This document shows, one piece after another, positions 1-15,000 of a DNA stretch of 64,000 nucleotides. Within the stretch, counting starts at the first letter, position 1. Every line of letters starts with the position of its first letter. The translations under genes were made by a program, and so were the position numbers. Location of the stretch: contig JAUSEX010000037.1 in assembly GCA_030649895.1 (NCBI GenBank), forward strand, positions 3,815 through 67,814, given 5' to 3'. Origin of the DNA: Candidatus Omnitrophota bacterium (GTDB taxonomy: Bacteria > Omnitrophota > Gorgyraeia > Gorgyraeales > Gorgyraeaceae). A model generated the notes under the pieces. The model did no database searches, was not told where the DNA came from, and saw nothing but the letters and a program-made list of their open reading frames with translations.

Positions 1-2
1 CT

Positions 3-3000
3 ACATATAAACATGCTGCTGATGGAACTCTATTGGAGCCACCTACGATCGAAAGACATTATCCGCTTAAAACAGGAAAAGAAGATGTAACAGCTCTTAA
101 TCAGCCTGATAGGAAAGATAATACAGCAGTCCTGGTTTCTTATAATCCTCCTGATGGAGGGAGTATAGGAAGTGACCTAGATAATTATGGTCCTGTAGGG
201 GGCGGTTCTGATTTCAGTTCAAGTGGAATAACAATAGGAGATAAGACTTATTTCAGAACGGATAGCAATGATAAAGTGATATTTACTGCCACAGATGGAA
301 GTTATCTTATTGTTGATAAAGAAGCTGATAAGGCAATTGAGCGATATGATGCATCTAATAATGCGCGTATTATTTATAACTCTGACGGGTCAGTTAATAA
401 AGTGTATGAAAATGGTGTGGAGAGAGGATATAAAAATAATATTGTTTATTTTGCTAGAGCATATAAAGATGTGGAGATAGCAGATGGTTATATTGTTCCT
501 GAGGGCACTAATTTTAAAGTTGAGAACGGAGAAATAAGATTAGCAGAAATAATAGTGGTTACAAATAAGCCTGTATGGTTAGCTGATAAAGTGCAAGTGG
601 GCATAGGAAGCACATTCAAGGTAGAGAGTGACGGCAAAATGAAATTAGTTAAGGCAAAAGATAGTTATGCATATGCAGAAGCAAAGTTTGGTAATTATAT
701 CCTTGTAAATAGCGGATCGTTGAATGAAGATATGAGCCCTAAGGCAGGCATGGAGCTGAAATACGATGGAAAAAGCTATTGGGTGGGGGGTGATGGAAAG
801 ACGCTTCTTGATAAAGGTCCTGAAAATAAAAAACAGGACAATCGTTCATGGTGGGAATCAGCAGTTGGCGCTATAGGAGATGCAGCTGGTGCTGTGGGGA
901 ATGCAATAGGAACGATCTATGATTATTCTATAGTAGGCCCGTTACTTGAATGTGTCTTTATGGGCATGGGTCACGAGACTCCTGAGTCATGGAAAGAACT
1001 TACGGGTAGAGATACCCCGCTGAAATTTACGAGTGATATGAAAGGTGTTTGGAGAGTTATTAGCGGCAGTTGGGATAAGGCCTACGGCAGCCAGCTAATA
1101 GAAGGTAGTAATGCGAGAGAAGAAGGTGCTATGCAGGTGTGGTTGGTCGATGAATTAAGAAAAAAAGGATTTTACAAAGATGATGTGACAAGAAAGGAAA
1201 CAGATCCAAAAAATGACATTTGGAGGACGAATCTTAGAGGAAAACCCACAGAAGAGATTTTAGAAATGATAGATCCTAATGATAGAGAAGCTGCTACACC
1301 TTTAGTGGAGAAATATGTTGAAGGAATAAAAAATCTTGATAAAAGAGCAGCTAATGCTGATGCAAATATTGCTGAAGCAAGCTCAAAAATAGGCCCATCA
1401 GGTAATGCTATTTTATTTCTCTTGCCTAACAATGGCGCTATATTTCAATTTGAAGATTATTCTGTTATAGACTGGGTTTCTTTAGTGACTATTCCGTTAA
1501 TGTTTATACCTGGAGTCGGCACGGCTGCCGGCGCCGCAATTAAGGTAGGCGCCACTGCGTTAAAGGCACTACCAGGCGCATTAAAACTTATGTCAGTTAT
1601 ATCAAAAGTAGCTCCGGTTGCAGTTAAGCTGGCGCCAGTCGCAGAGAAAGCAGCTCCGGTTGCAGTTAAGTCAGCGTCAGTTGCAGAGAGACTAGCGCCA
1701 CTAGTTAGAGGGGCAAATTTCTTCCTTGAGACTGGAAAGAATTTTATTATCTCTCCAGTTAAGGATTTTCAGGCTTTATCTAAATTAGTTAGAGGAGTTA
1801 GGCCAGCGCTTCGAGTTCCGAATTTAACAACTATTTGGAGAAGTATAATAGGAGCGCCAGGAGAAAATATTTTGAGTAAAATAATAAGGATACCAGCAAG
1901 GGCAGCCAATCAGTTATTATTACGGCCGGCAGCTTTTGGAGTTAGTGAAATTGCGCCACGAATCTTTGCATATGGGACGCTAGGTGCTCCGTTTTTTGGT
2001 ATCACTGGTATTGGAATAGGTGACACTGGGCCATTAGGAGTTTGGGCTAATATTTCTAGCGGGATGTGGGCAACAATGAATCGGGTTTTCTATAGTCTTC
2101 CTGTGGCACCTTGGCGTAATAGTGAAAAAGCACAGGAATTCAAGAATATAGCCAATGAACATTCTCAGGCTCGGGATAAAATATTAAAAGGATGGATTGA
2201 AAGCGTTGGTTCTATTCCTGTGGCTGGATTTGTACTTCAAATTCCGCTTATGATAATGAGTTCGCTTTTTAGCTTTGCTGAGTTTCCTTATAGTTTTATT
2301 GGTACCAGTGCAGAATATGGATTGCTTAAAGGAATTACTAGCAGCGTTGCGGGATTGCTTAAATTTATGGTCAGCGTACCAGAGGCAGGGATTAATGGTA
2401 TGCTTTACCTATTTACAGGTAAAAATAGAGTATATCAAGGCAATCTTTCTGATTGGATAACATTGCAGCTAGGCGAAGGATACCTTAACTGGACTTCTCC
2501 AGATGAGAGTTATAAAGACGTTGAAGGTCGATTTAGTACGCTTGAAAATGTTGAATATCAGGGTTTCGCATATGCTATAGCAAACGCAGTATTGCTCCCG
2601 ATGTTTAATCCTAAGATGAAAGGGGAAGGAAAGTCAAATCGCGCTGAAGGACGCAATCGAGAATTAACAGCTAATGAAGCTAGTAGTGTCGTAACTAGGA
2701 CTGTTCTTATGCCAGTAAATATTGCTACAGGAGTCGTGTATGCGCCAATTCGGATACTTTGGTCTGGGATAAAAGGTGAAAAAAGAGGCGGAGGCTGGAA
2801 AAAAGGCTTTGTTGAGGCTGGCAGTGGCATTATGTCGCCAATTGTAGGCCCATTCAGGGGTAGATCCTCTATATCTCAAAAAGCCTATCGCTCAACAGAG
2901 CTTGGGCGCGGACCTTTACTAAATGCATCCGGCAGACCTCTTAACGCTCCCAATGAAACAGGTGGGCCTTTACTAAATGCATCCGGCAAACCTTTTTATG

Positions 3001-6000
3001 AACCTTCAATTGCAATGTTAGGCGAAGATACGCTCAGCTATAGGCCAGAAATAAAAGAACAGGCTGATAAGCAAGCTTTCGATAGGACAGTACATAAACT
3101 TGAAAAAGCTCGTGAGAAAGCAAGAACAGCGCAAGAAGATTATCAAAAAGGCAGAACTGACAAAGATAGACTGCCATCAGAAAAAAGAGAATTAGCCAGG
3201 AGAACGAGAGAGGCTCAGGTGGATTTTCTTACTTTAAAAAGTAGAATAGAAAAAGGTATATGGACATATGGGTTGCTTGATTCATTAAGAAATCCCATAG
3301 AGGCATGGAAAGCAAGAAATAATGCGGCAAAGATTAATCCTACGAATGAATTAATAGGCTCAACCATTAGAGAATATCTAAAGTATGATACAGCAGAGCT
3401 CAGGAATGGTTTTAAGAATGCCCTTGAAGCAGGAGATTTAGTAGATGCTTTGTCTTATGGTTTAGCTTTGTTTGGCAAAGATTTGGAAATCAAAGGTAAA
3501 GAATTAGATACTAAACCTGATCAGTTAAATGCTCAATTGGATTTTGGCTGGAAATTAGGGGAAGCTTTAAAAGAAATAACAGAAAAAGGCGGCTTAGAAA
3601 GTCCTTTAGCTCTTATATTTGAAATGGGCGGAGGAAAGACAGCCTCTGCAATCATTATGAATCTTTTCGCAATAGAATATGCAATAAGAAACGGCCGCAC
3701 AGGATATAATCTTTACGTAACTGAAAAAGCGCTTTTAGCGCGGCAGTTTATTGAGGGGAATACATGGGCATTTTTAGAGTTTGATAAGACAAGCGGCGAA
3801 TTTACCACTATAACTGGCAGAAAAGGAAGGGTTGTTACTGGCATGGACCCTGAAAGTGAATCAAGATTCTTAAATGCTGCTAGCGATAAAGATGTCGAGT
3901 TAATTGTTATGGATGGCCAGGCAGCTGATAGCATAAAATTAGCTGTAGATCGTAGCAATAATTCTCAAGAGTTAAGGGAAGCGCTTGGCAGGATGAGGGC
4001 TGCTTCAGGTGATGAATTTGATAGCATGTTAAAAGGAACTCCTGCCATAATAGGCACAGGCGAACTGCTTGACCAAATGAAAAGATATGCAGATGAAGGA
4101 AACGAAAAAGCTAAAGGACTAGTTGCTGCTGCAGAGCTACAAACTACTGTAATGATTGATATTTTGAATATAGTGCAGAAATATGGTGGGTTTAAGGATA
4201 TAAATCAAGTAGCGATTGATACACAGCTTAGCAGGTTTGGCAGGCTAAAAAGACAATTTGGTTTTGGTGGGCCAAAAAATGAAACTGAAATAAGAGGGCG
4301 CTATGCTGCTAATGATAAAGTTATAGCAGAAGTTGTAAGTTTATTGGAAAGAAAAGGAATGTCATCAGATGGGGCTAGGAGCTTAGCTAATGAAGCAGTA
4401 AATGCGTTATCTTTAAAGGAAGGTATAGATTATTATTTGAAATACAATGAAATTGGTAAACTTATTGGCTATGAAGTGACAGATAAAGCTACGATAAGGT
4501 TGGAAAATACACGGTTTGGTAGTTCAAAGCTTGCTGCCTTTGTTATGGCTAAAGAAGCGCTTGTGAAATTTAATGAAGGGAGAATGTCACTAGATGAAAT
4601 TAAACAACTGGTAAATGAAGAGCTCCTGAAAACAACTCTTGCTTCTGCGGATTTTGCTAGTTTTGTTGAACTAACAGGAAAGAATAAATGGGTACTATTC
4701 AGCGGTACTAAAGGTATGCCTAAAACTATGAAAAGGCTTGGAGTTAACGCAGTAGAAATTAAAACTAGTGAAATTAACTGGGATGAAAAAGGCTTGCTCA
4801 AAATAATAGCAGCAAGAGGCCAAAAAGCGCAATCTGACAAGATTCTAGCAGAAATTAAAGACGCAAAAACCCAGAAGAGAGCCATTGTTATTGTGCATAG
4901 AGGCAATGTTGAAGAGCTTAAACAGCTTGCAAGGGATGCAGGTATTTCGGAAGAGAATATTCATGCTATGACAGGTGAAAATCCCGCAAAGCTTGCTGAT
5001 TTTGAAAAAGAAGCGCGTTCTCGGCTTCAAAATACTGAAGGCGAATTCGAGGTCATAATACTTCCTGGTTTTGAAGCAGGTTCCAATATGTTGGAAATAG
5101 GAAGCAAAAATTATAAGGTTTCAGTTGTTGTTACTCATTTTAAAGATAGAGATCGCCTTGCTCAAACATTTGGGCGCGCAAATATTGAAGGGCGCAGAGC
5201 TTCAGCGGACTTTAGAGTGATAGTTGACGTGATGAAGGATGATAGCTTGGTTATGAAAGCTGAACGTGAAGTCATTCTTGAAATGTTAGACAGCGGAAAA
5301 ACCGAGACAGAGATTGAGATGGATATCCAGAATAAAATGAAAGAGATAGCAGAACAAATACTTGCGGAGTCAGATATTGCTACAGTAAGGACATTAGAAG
5401 AAAGAGAACAACCTGTCCGCGTAGCGGAGACACAAAATGAACTGACGCCTGAATTATTCAGTAAAGTCGAAAATAATTTTTATAGAGAGTTTGGGAGAGC
5501 TGAAACAGGTAGAAAAACGCTTGTAGATACTTTTAGAGAAGCAGTTGCTAAGGTTATTGAAGAAGGAAAAACACCGGAAGCATTTAACGCTGCTATAAAA
5601 GGTATGGCTTCAGAGTTTCGAGGGAGGGCAATGCAAATAGGCGCTATAGCTAACCCGGCAATTGCTAGTCAGATCAGGGGGTCCAATAATGAAGATGATA
5701 AAAATAGGTTAAGTTTTAGGTTATTACTTGAAGGTGTAAAGATATTATTTGCAATGAGGTCTTTTACAGATGAGGGCCTCTTTGAACAAATGCCGGTTTT
5801 AGCAGTTTTGGCTATGCCAACCATGCCTGCTGTGACTGAAAAACAAAAGAATAGGCTTGTGGAAATAGAAGCAGCTTTGATGGATAAAAATGTTACTTCA
5901 GAGGAAAGGCAAAAGCTATTAAATGAAAAAAAATCTATATTAGAAATGGTATTTGGTAAGATCAATGATTATCTTGAATCAGAATTAAAATTTGAAAAAG

Positions 6001-9000
6001 AGCAAAAAGAAACAGTAATGGAAGGCGTTAAGTTCTTATCTGGAAATTTTAAAAGCAATGATCCTGCGTTTGAGCAGTTTAGGGTTAATCCATTGGCAGT
6101 GATGCAGCAAATCGCTACTGGTAAAGTAAAAGGAGTTGAATCCGTTGTTGTAAAAGCTATAAGAGAACTGGTTGGAGAGCCGCGAGAAAATTTACCTCTG
6201 TGGTCAAAAACATGGGATAGAATAACAAGGCGGACTTCTCCGCAAATTAATTTTGCTCGTGTTGAGATTGCGGTAAATGATATTGCCAATGCGCTTGGTG
6301 TTGATAGAGATATAGTTGAAACCAATTTATTAAAACTCATGGGATATACATTGTCTCAGATAGGCACTATACGTGAGCAGCATAGTTTATTACTTGAATT
6401 AGGAGGCGAAGAATTTGGCAAGACTCTCGCAAATACTCTTCCTATAGCAGATATTTTGATAAAATTAGGCTCTAAATCAATATCACAAAGAGTTGAGTTT
6501 ATTAATAGCCTGGTTATGGGTGAAAAAACAGCGAAGCAATATGGCGTAACCAAAGGATCGGACGCTGTATTGAAGGTTTCTTCGGCAATACTAGGTATCT
6601 TGAAAGCGAAATCTGGCAAGTTAACATGGAGAGATTTATGGACTGACAAAGAAATAGAAAGCTCCGGCCTGGATAAAAGACAGGTTGCTATTATTATGGG
6701 TATTAATTATTCTATTCTCGAAAATTTGCCTGCTGATTTAGTTGATTTATATGATATTAATATATTGGCAGATTCTGAAATGATGGGCAAGGTTGTGGGC
6801 GTATATAAAATATTTGAAAAAATTGACCCTGAATTTGCAAAATGGTTAGTTGAGCCAGTAAAGACAGCGTTGCCTTCAGGGCTTGCCGAGTTGCAGCGAG
6901 ATGATCCGGAGATGTTTGCTCTGATAGAAGCATTACAAAGGAACCAGGGGGCGCCAAGCAGGGTATTCGGAATTTCCAATCTTATAGGCGAGTCAGATTC
7001 GGAGGAGCTTAAAAAAGTCCTTACGAGATTGTTAATACCAGGGGTTTCTAAAGAAGCGCCTAAAGAAGAAAAAGAAAATATTTATAGCCGTAGATTGGAT
7101 ATTTTGACTTCATCTATAGGAGAAGAAGGATTGGAATCTGAATATTCCCCAGCTGCCAGGATAGAGATGGCTATTGGAGTTTACGATTTTTTATCTTCTG
7201 TAGGAGTCAATGCAAGAGGGGTATCATGGGAAGATGTGAAGAAATTAAAAAGCTTTGCTGATATGGCGCAAGCGATTGAATCAGCTAGTTATAGAGAAAT
7301 AATTAAAGCAATAAAGCAAGGAATGCCGCAGGAAGAGAAATTAGAATATCTATTTAAAGTTGCCAAGGCAATAGAAAATAAAGATGAAATATTGTTAAAA
7401 AGTTTGGGAGTATTAAATGATGAAGATTGGCTAAGCCAATTCGATCCTGCTGATCAGGGGTTGCTTAGGAGATTGCTTGCAGGGGAAAGCTCAATAGAAG
7501 AAATTAGAGAAGAGGTTGTTGAGAGCGGTAGATTGGTTGGAACAGGCGCTCATGCAATGGCAATACGTTTGTTAAATGAAAAAGGTATTCTAAAATTGCT
7601 GGATTCGTCTGATCCTGAGCTTATTGAACGCGCAAGCCAAAGATATCAGGATGCCAAGAAATTAATACCTGAGTTGGTTATTCCTTATGTAATAAGAACA
7701 GATAAGGGCGAAGATATTACTATTATAATTCAGGAAAAAGTTGTGACGTCTAGATATGAGTTGGATAGTTTAATCGAGGCAAAAGACATGGAAGGCGCAA
7801 AAACATATGTCAGGAAATTAGTAGAGCTGGTTTATAAGCTGGCGGAAAAAGGTATTGTTTTTGACAGCGCTGTTGTTAATTCAGGCCTTGATATATTGGC
7901 TAATACAGCTGTAGATGCTAACGGCAATGTTAAAGTGCTTGATGTGGCAAATTTAAATCTTAAACCCAACAAAGAAGAAGACATAAGAGCTGGTGTGAAT
8001 AAAGTGCTTGAACGACTGCAGACTGATATTGGTGACGGCCTATTGAAGCAAGAATTTGCTATGGAACGCCAAACGCAGGATGCAATATATGACATTAATA
8101 AAGAAAGAGGCGAAAAACAAGTTGAATTGGCAAAAAATATTGCAAGTAAATGGCTTGAGGAGGCGCTTGCAGATATTACAAGAGGCGGCCCGAAAAAAAT
8201 AGATAGGCTTTTACATGATCCTGCTAGAATTCCTCCTAATATATACTTTGCATTTACCTATATAAAACAGTCTTTCCTAGATTTCCAAACACTTTTATTA
8301 AAACCAGAAGTAGAATATGCTTCGATAATCAATCTCTTTATAGAAAGGGCATTTACCCATGCGGAAGATATAGTCTCTTCAGGTATTAATGGCGTATACG
8401 AGGAAAAAATGGGAGTTTTTATAGATGAAATCCGCAAAGATCCTGCAAAATTAAAGATGCTTGCTGATTTATTAGGCCGCCGTTCAAGTGATATGGCTGG
8501 CATAGATAATTTTACTATCACAAGGGCTATCGGAGGCGTTTCTGCTGTAAACTGTGGTGTCCAGGCACTGCAGGTTGTTCTGGAACAGTGGGCGCCAGGC
8601 GCGATAAAGGGGTTAACACCAGAAGAATTAAGGAAGAAATTGGCAGGTGAGATAACGGATGAAGTTATAGCTATAATTGAAGCTGGATTTGGAGATCCTG
8701 AATCCGAATCAGCAAAGCTCTCCAGAGAGATAGTAATGAATCTGATGGAAGGCAAAATCGGGCACGATATAATTATTGCAGTTGCAGAAAAAGAATACGG
8801 AGTGAAAAACGTAAATCCAGTCACTATAGAAATTGACGAAGCAGCGCTTGAAAAATCGCTTGAAGGTATAGGCACAAGTTTTATCCTCTGGGTGCCTGGC
8901 CACTTTATGCCTATTGTTGGGTATAGAGGCGGGTTATTCGTTACAAAGACACTGAAAGGCGAAGATGTAGGCATAGATGTTAGAGATATACTTAATAAAT

Positions 9001-12000
9001 ATATACATGAAGCTGGCCAAGCCAGCGGTGGGACGATAACTATAATCATACCAGGCAACGACACAAAAGATAATAAGAGGTATTATGGCGCAACGCCGGA
9101 TTTATATTCACTCTTTAAGCCTGAACCTATAACAAGCGATGCAGGCGTAACATATTTTGGCAGCTTAGCTTCTTCAGGAAAAGCTATTTCTTCTGCAGGA
9201 GCAGGGCAGGAAAAAGCTGCTGAGCAAAAGGAGAGAGGGTTTGTAAGGAATTTAAGAAAAATCTTTGAGAAACACAGAAAATTAACCGCAGCTCTTATTA
9301 TAGGAGCGACAATAGCAGCAGGGATTGTGGCGCTGCCGGTTATTGTACCGATAATTTTACCTGCGATGGTAACTGCATTGCCAATCTTATTGGGAGGGGG
9401 AGCGGTTATTATGCTTTTTGCAGCTCCCGGTATATTTAAATTTGTAAGAAGCCTGAGGACAAGGGCGCCACCGCAGTTTACCCCGATTACCAGGAAGTCA
9501 GATGAAGCGCAGATAAAATCCCGCATTGAGGAGCAATTTGGAGTTGACCTAAAAGATATTAATTCCGATGACTGGAAAGAAATTCTCGTCCAGGCAGTTC
9601 TTGCCGATTACAGGGCATACCAACTTGGAAGCCATAAAGAGTATCACAAAAACAAAACTGTCAATTATTTCATAGAATATCCTATGATGATTGTTAATGT
9701 TCTGACCTTGCGCGTACTTGACCAGTTTTTCTTCAAACATTGGAGACAGCCGTTTAGTTATTTCCTGTCGCGTAGAGGCGATAAGAAGCATTATCTTGGT
9801 GAGCAGGCGCAGGCAGTCATGGAAGCGCTCATCAGCCAGCAAATAGCTAAAAAATCAGGCGACGTAGCTCAAAAGAATACCTTGGAATCGGTGCATAGCA
9901 AGCTTAAGACAGAGCTAGTAAGCGTTATTCCTACTTCCATAGTTGCCAATAGAGTTGCCGGCTTACTTGAGAAAAGATTAGCGATATCAAGCCTTGAAGA
10001 GCGTTCAGCGCTAAATATCGCAGGTTCAATATTAACTGGAGTAGTGTTAGGAGCTGTCAGCCTGGCCAATCAGCGATTGCGATTCGCAATTTTCAGCGCT
10101 ATTTCTTCCGGAATTCTCTTTGGGTTACTGGGGCCGGCAGGGTTATTCGGCAGCCTGGTAGGGGCAGGGTTCTTAACAGGTACGTTAGTTACTATAGGTA
10201 TGCCGCTTGGCCTGGCTGCGCTGAGTATCAGCCCGCTTATTCTATTGAGCCCGTTATTACTATTGGCATTCTTGAATTTCCCTGTCAGCTATGCAAAACA
10301 CCGCAGGGCAAATCCCGATGAAAATATTGTTAAATCGCTTTTGATTGTCTTAATGTCTCCTAAGTATTGGGCTGCAAACATTATGTCTGTGCCGATGTTG
10401 ATTATGGTAGGGCCGGAGATAGAGGGGACTATAAGGTACACCGAACATATTCCTTTAGTGGGTGATTTTGCCGCATGGATGGAAAAAGCTATATACGGGG
10501 CGCATGATAAGGAAACAGGGCAGCCTACTGTACCAGTGGGGCAGAAGCTTCTTGAGAGACTCCCAGGCGGTTCGCAGCTCAGCGATTTTACTTATCGTAT
10601 CTTTTCTCTGGGGCGAGGCGGTGATCTGCAAAGCGCGCATATGAAAAGTCAGATCGCCGCTATTGTTGCTACGGCTAAGATAGACGATAAGAGTTTCAAA
10701 GAAGAGCCAGCCGCTTTAAAGGAAGCGCCTGTAAGCGATGCTAAAGGATCTGAACAGGGAGTTACGGTTGAAGGGTATCAGCTCTTAGTTGATGGTAAAC
10801 CCTATCAGATGAAGGGGGTAACGTGGAGACCTTCCGAGGATAATAATTTCAGCCAGTGGTATCAGAAAGATATTACCCTGATGAAGGAGATGGGAGTAAA
10901 TACAGTAAGAACATACAGGCCTATAGATGACCAGAAGGTGCTTGATTATCTTGCCATGAACGGCATAAAGGTAATTATAGGATTTGACTACGGTAAAGAT
11001 ATACAAACAGGCGCTTATAAGGATTATATTAATAAATTTAAAGGACACCCCGCGATTCTATTGTGGGAATTTGGGAATGAATATAATTATCATTCAGACT
11101 GGTTCGGAGGAGATATTAATAATTGGTATAACACGTTAGAGAAGACTGCTCAGGAGGTCCATAAAATAGATAAAAGTCATCCTGTAGCCACTGCTCATGG
11201 CGAAATACCTGATAAGAATGCCTTAGTTAAAGTTCCCTCTGTAGATATATGGGGCATGAATGTCTATCGTTCGGATAGTCCGCAGGCCATATTTGATGAA
11301 TGGGGAGCCAGATCTAATAAACCTATGTATTTCTCGGAGGCTGGCGCGGATTCTATTGACAATAGGGTAGACAAAGAAGTACAAAGCGTTCAGGCCAATG
11401 CTAATGTGCATATCTGGTCGCAGGTAAATGCAGCAAGCAGTAAACTTCATCCAAATAACGTCTCAGCCGGAGCCGTATTTATGGAGTTTAATGACGAGCC
11501 GTGGAAGCCTAAAGGTTTTCAACACGATGGAGTTTATCCTGATAATTTTGCTAATGAACAGCATTTTGGTTTTGTAGATAAGGATCGTAACCCCAAAGAA
11601 GCCTTTTCTAAAATGAAGGATGGATGGAGCGAATCACCTTTTTCTGAAGCGCTGACAGGAGCTAAATCTATAACTAAAATATACGAAGGCGACAAGCATA
11701 CTAAGACAGCTTACAACATGGGTGCTGTAAATATTCTTGAAGAAAAGCTTCTTTTATCTCCAGAGGCCCAAATATTTCCGGAGGTCCAAAAAATTCTGGT
11801 AAGCGATATTCGGCAGGTTTTAAAAGTACCAGCTGATAAGAAAATCGAACTTAAAGATGTCAAGTTCGATAAGATTATAGAGGTGGATACGGTAACCGGC
11901 GCTAGAACCGTTAAATACGACTATGGGTTCCTGCCTGGCAAGCAAGACAAGACTATTATCAAGATATCCCAGGGGGCGCATGAAATTTTTGTGAGACGGG

Positions 12001-15000
12001 TAGCGGGCGCAATAGATAAAAACGAAAACTATCCTTATATGGAAAACGCAGGCTGGGATATATTGGACGAGAAAGGAAAGATAGTGCAGTATGATGCCGA
12101 ATCTCCGGAAGTATTGGAAAGATTGAAAAAGTTAGCCCAGAATAAGGATAGCAAATTACCTGATGAAGTTAAGAAAAGTATATTCAATGCGCAGGTAGCA
12201 GTTCGCGTCTATAAGCTTGTAGAAGGCGGTAGATTTGTAGAGGATAGGGTGAGCGCGATTGAAGCGAATAGGGAAGCTATAAGATTCTATGCCAAGCCGG
12301 AAACAGTAACATCAGGCGGCAGGACATTTGAAGTTTCTGGAAAGGCAGTTGTGGATACGTATGAGGCCATAAAAGCCATTTATTACTATGATAGTAGCTA
12401 TCAACTTATGACCAGTAAAGGTGAGGCGTTAACCAAAGACAATGCCGGAGACGTTATAGGCTGGGTCAGAGTAACCGGTGATAAACTTTTAATGAGTGAT
12501 GGAGCAGAATATAGCGTAATAGAAGAGCTTAAACCTGATAAAACTACTATGGTAAGACGCTTTGCTTCTGACGATAAAGGCAATGAACGGGCCAAGATAT
12601 CCAATCTTCCTGAAGGAGGGTATCTTATTCAGGTGGTTGATGAAAACGAAGTCATCGGAGACGATAAGGCTGACATGTTGACATATAACGGCACTAAAGA
12701 AGGTGGCTTGTATAAATTTAGCACAGATAAGCCTTATCTTACATCGCTTCTGAAGGATAGTTTTGAAATTAAAGTTGATGAAAAAGGCATTGCTACGGAA
12801 GAGGGCGTAAATAGCGTTCTTTCAGATTTTACCTTTGCAAATGAATCACTAAAGAATGCAGCGAGAGATGCTCTTAATAAAGGATTAAACGAGATAATAA
12901 ACAGTTTAGGGTTAAAAGATGGAAAGGTTCACGTAATGCATATAGTAAAGGAAGAGGTGCGCATAGCTAATGATGGAGTTAAATTTAATTATAGAGTCGA
13001 AGAAGACCCTGCCGCGAAGATTGTTGCCTATGTATCAAGTGATATGAAAGAAAAGGCAGACGTTATTATTAACACTAAGTGGGAAGGAGAAAATTCCTTA
13101 GAAGGGTATCAGTTCTCTCCGATAGGGCAGATTTTTAAATTGAAGACAGAAGGCGATATATTATCTCCTGATGATGTATTAAAAGATCTGGATATACAGT
13201 TGCGCGAACAACTGGAACAAAAAGGGATTAAGGTAAAAGAGCTGTCTTTATCCAAACTTAATCAGTATCTGGTGGTCCATAAAGACGGCAAAGATAAAGA
13301 TTATGAGGTGCTCTTCCATACGCGATATATTATGCGCGACGACCCGCTGAAAAGAGACTATGCAAGGTACGATAGAGGCGCTTTAAGGTTTATCAAGTTT
13401 GCCCATAATAAAACTGATATACCGTTTGGAGTTCCTGACGGGGAAGTAATTGTGGCTCCTGAAATACAAAGGATAATCAGGGAGACAGAATATTTCGAAC
13501 ACAGGCCGGGAGATAATGAGTATATATATAAAGTTATATTTGAATATAGAAACGGACAGGAGTATAAAAATGAGCCGATATTTATAGGGTACGATTACAA
13601 GACAGCTGTTGTATGGGAGCATTATGTTAATGAAGAATGGAAGCTTTATAGCAGGGATGGCCTGCCGTTTGAGGTTTCAAGGGTGGACGGCGCCAAAGAA
13701 TATCTCTACAGCGTTTTTGCTATTACAGTATTTGAAGACGGAGGCAATAGTTATATTATGGCTTCTGAAAATATAAAATCTTCTACGCCTGTTACTCCTC
13801 CTACTACGAGGATCAGCAGGGACAATACACTGTGGCGCATAATCGAAGGGAGGGGTATTGACAGTTTCATACATCAGGATGTCTACGCTACAAGCATGAC
13901 TGATAAGTTCTTAAATTCCGCTCCAGGAAGATTGGTCAAGCGTATTATGGGCAGCGATGATTTAGAAAAACTTATGGATAAGATCGAAAAACAAGGGATG
14001 GAAATTGACATAGATTATAGAAGATGTTTTGACAAATTAGAAGAAGGAGTATTTGTCGATAAAACAAGGTATCTTATGAACCAGGCGTGGATCGGAGCGA
14101 TAGGGTTTTTGGCGCTATTAGTATCTTTGCCTATCTTTAGAAGATTTTTAGGGTCAAAAGGCATAAGATGGATTTTTAGAAAAACAGGTAGAAGAATAGT
14201 GAATGTGAATGCTACAGAAGCAGATAGGCTTAGAGAAGTTATTGGTACTCCGGGCCTTGCTGATAAGCTTATAGTTCTGCGCGAACTTTCAGGCCCTATT
14301 ATTATAAATAGTAATCTGCCTGCGGCGGATAAAGGTGATTTTTTGCGTGATTATCTGTCGGTCTCTGGTTTTGATCCAGAAGAAGTCAATGAAATAGTTG
14401 GTTTATTTAATAGCGGAAAAATTACAATGGAAGATAAAGATGTGGATCCGAAATCTCTCCCGCGTGCTCCTCCTATTGATACTCTTCAGCACCTGGAAGA
14501 AGCTATTGCTAAGAAAAATTATCCCGCGGCAATTGTTATCAAGGCATTACTTGAAAAAAAGTTAATCACCCAGGACGACTTAGAAGGTACCTTTAGGAAA
14601 GAGGGGGCTTTAAGAGAAGGGGCTTTAAAGTGGGATTTGCTTGTAAAGGTATTGCTTAATAAGGCTCAGGATAAGGTCTTAGGAGAAATAAAGGAAGGGG
14701 ATTTTACAAATGTAGATAAACTTCTTCCTACGCCGGAAGCAAAAGTATTACAGTATGTGGTAAAGAACGATTTAATTGCCAAACCTGACTTAATAGAACT
14801 TTCCCATAAAGATAGTGGATATAGCGGTTTTACTGGTTTTGCCATTGGGCTCATAAAAGAGAAGTTTATTCAGCCGGTATTTGATGATGTGTTTAGCAGG
14901 ACCTTTGGAGCTGAAATAACAGAAGGGATCAAAGATATAACACTCGAGACCGTATTTGCAGAAATCCATCCTTTTATCTTCAAAGACCCTTCTTTACTCA

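Noticed and set aside
3480-5400. Calling this the housekeeping secA gene
   Set aside because: It is an internal, highly diverged domain of a giant ORF and lacks the typical SecA termini.
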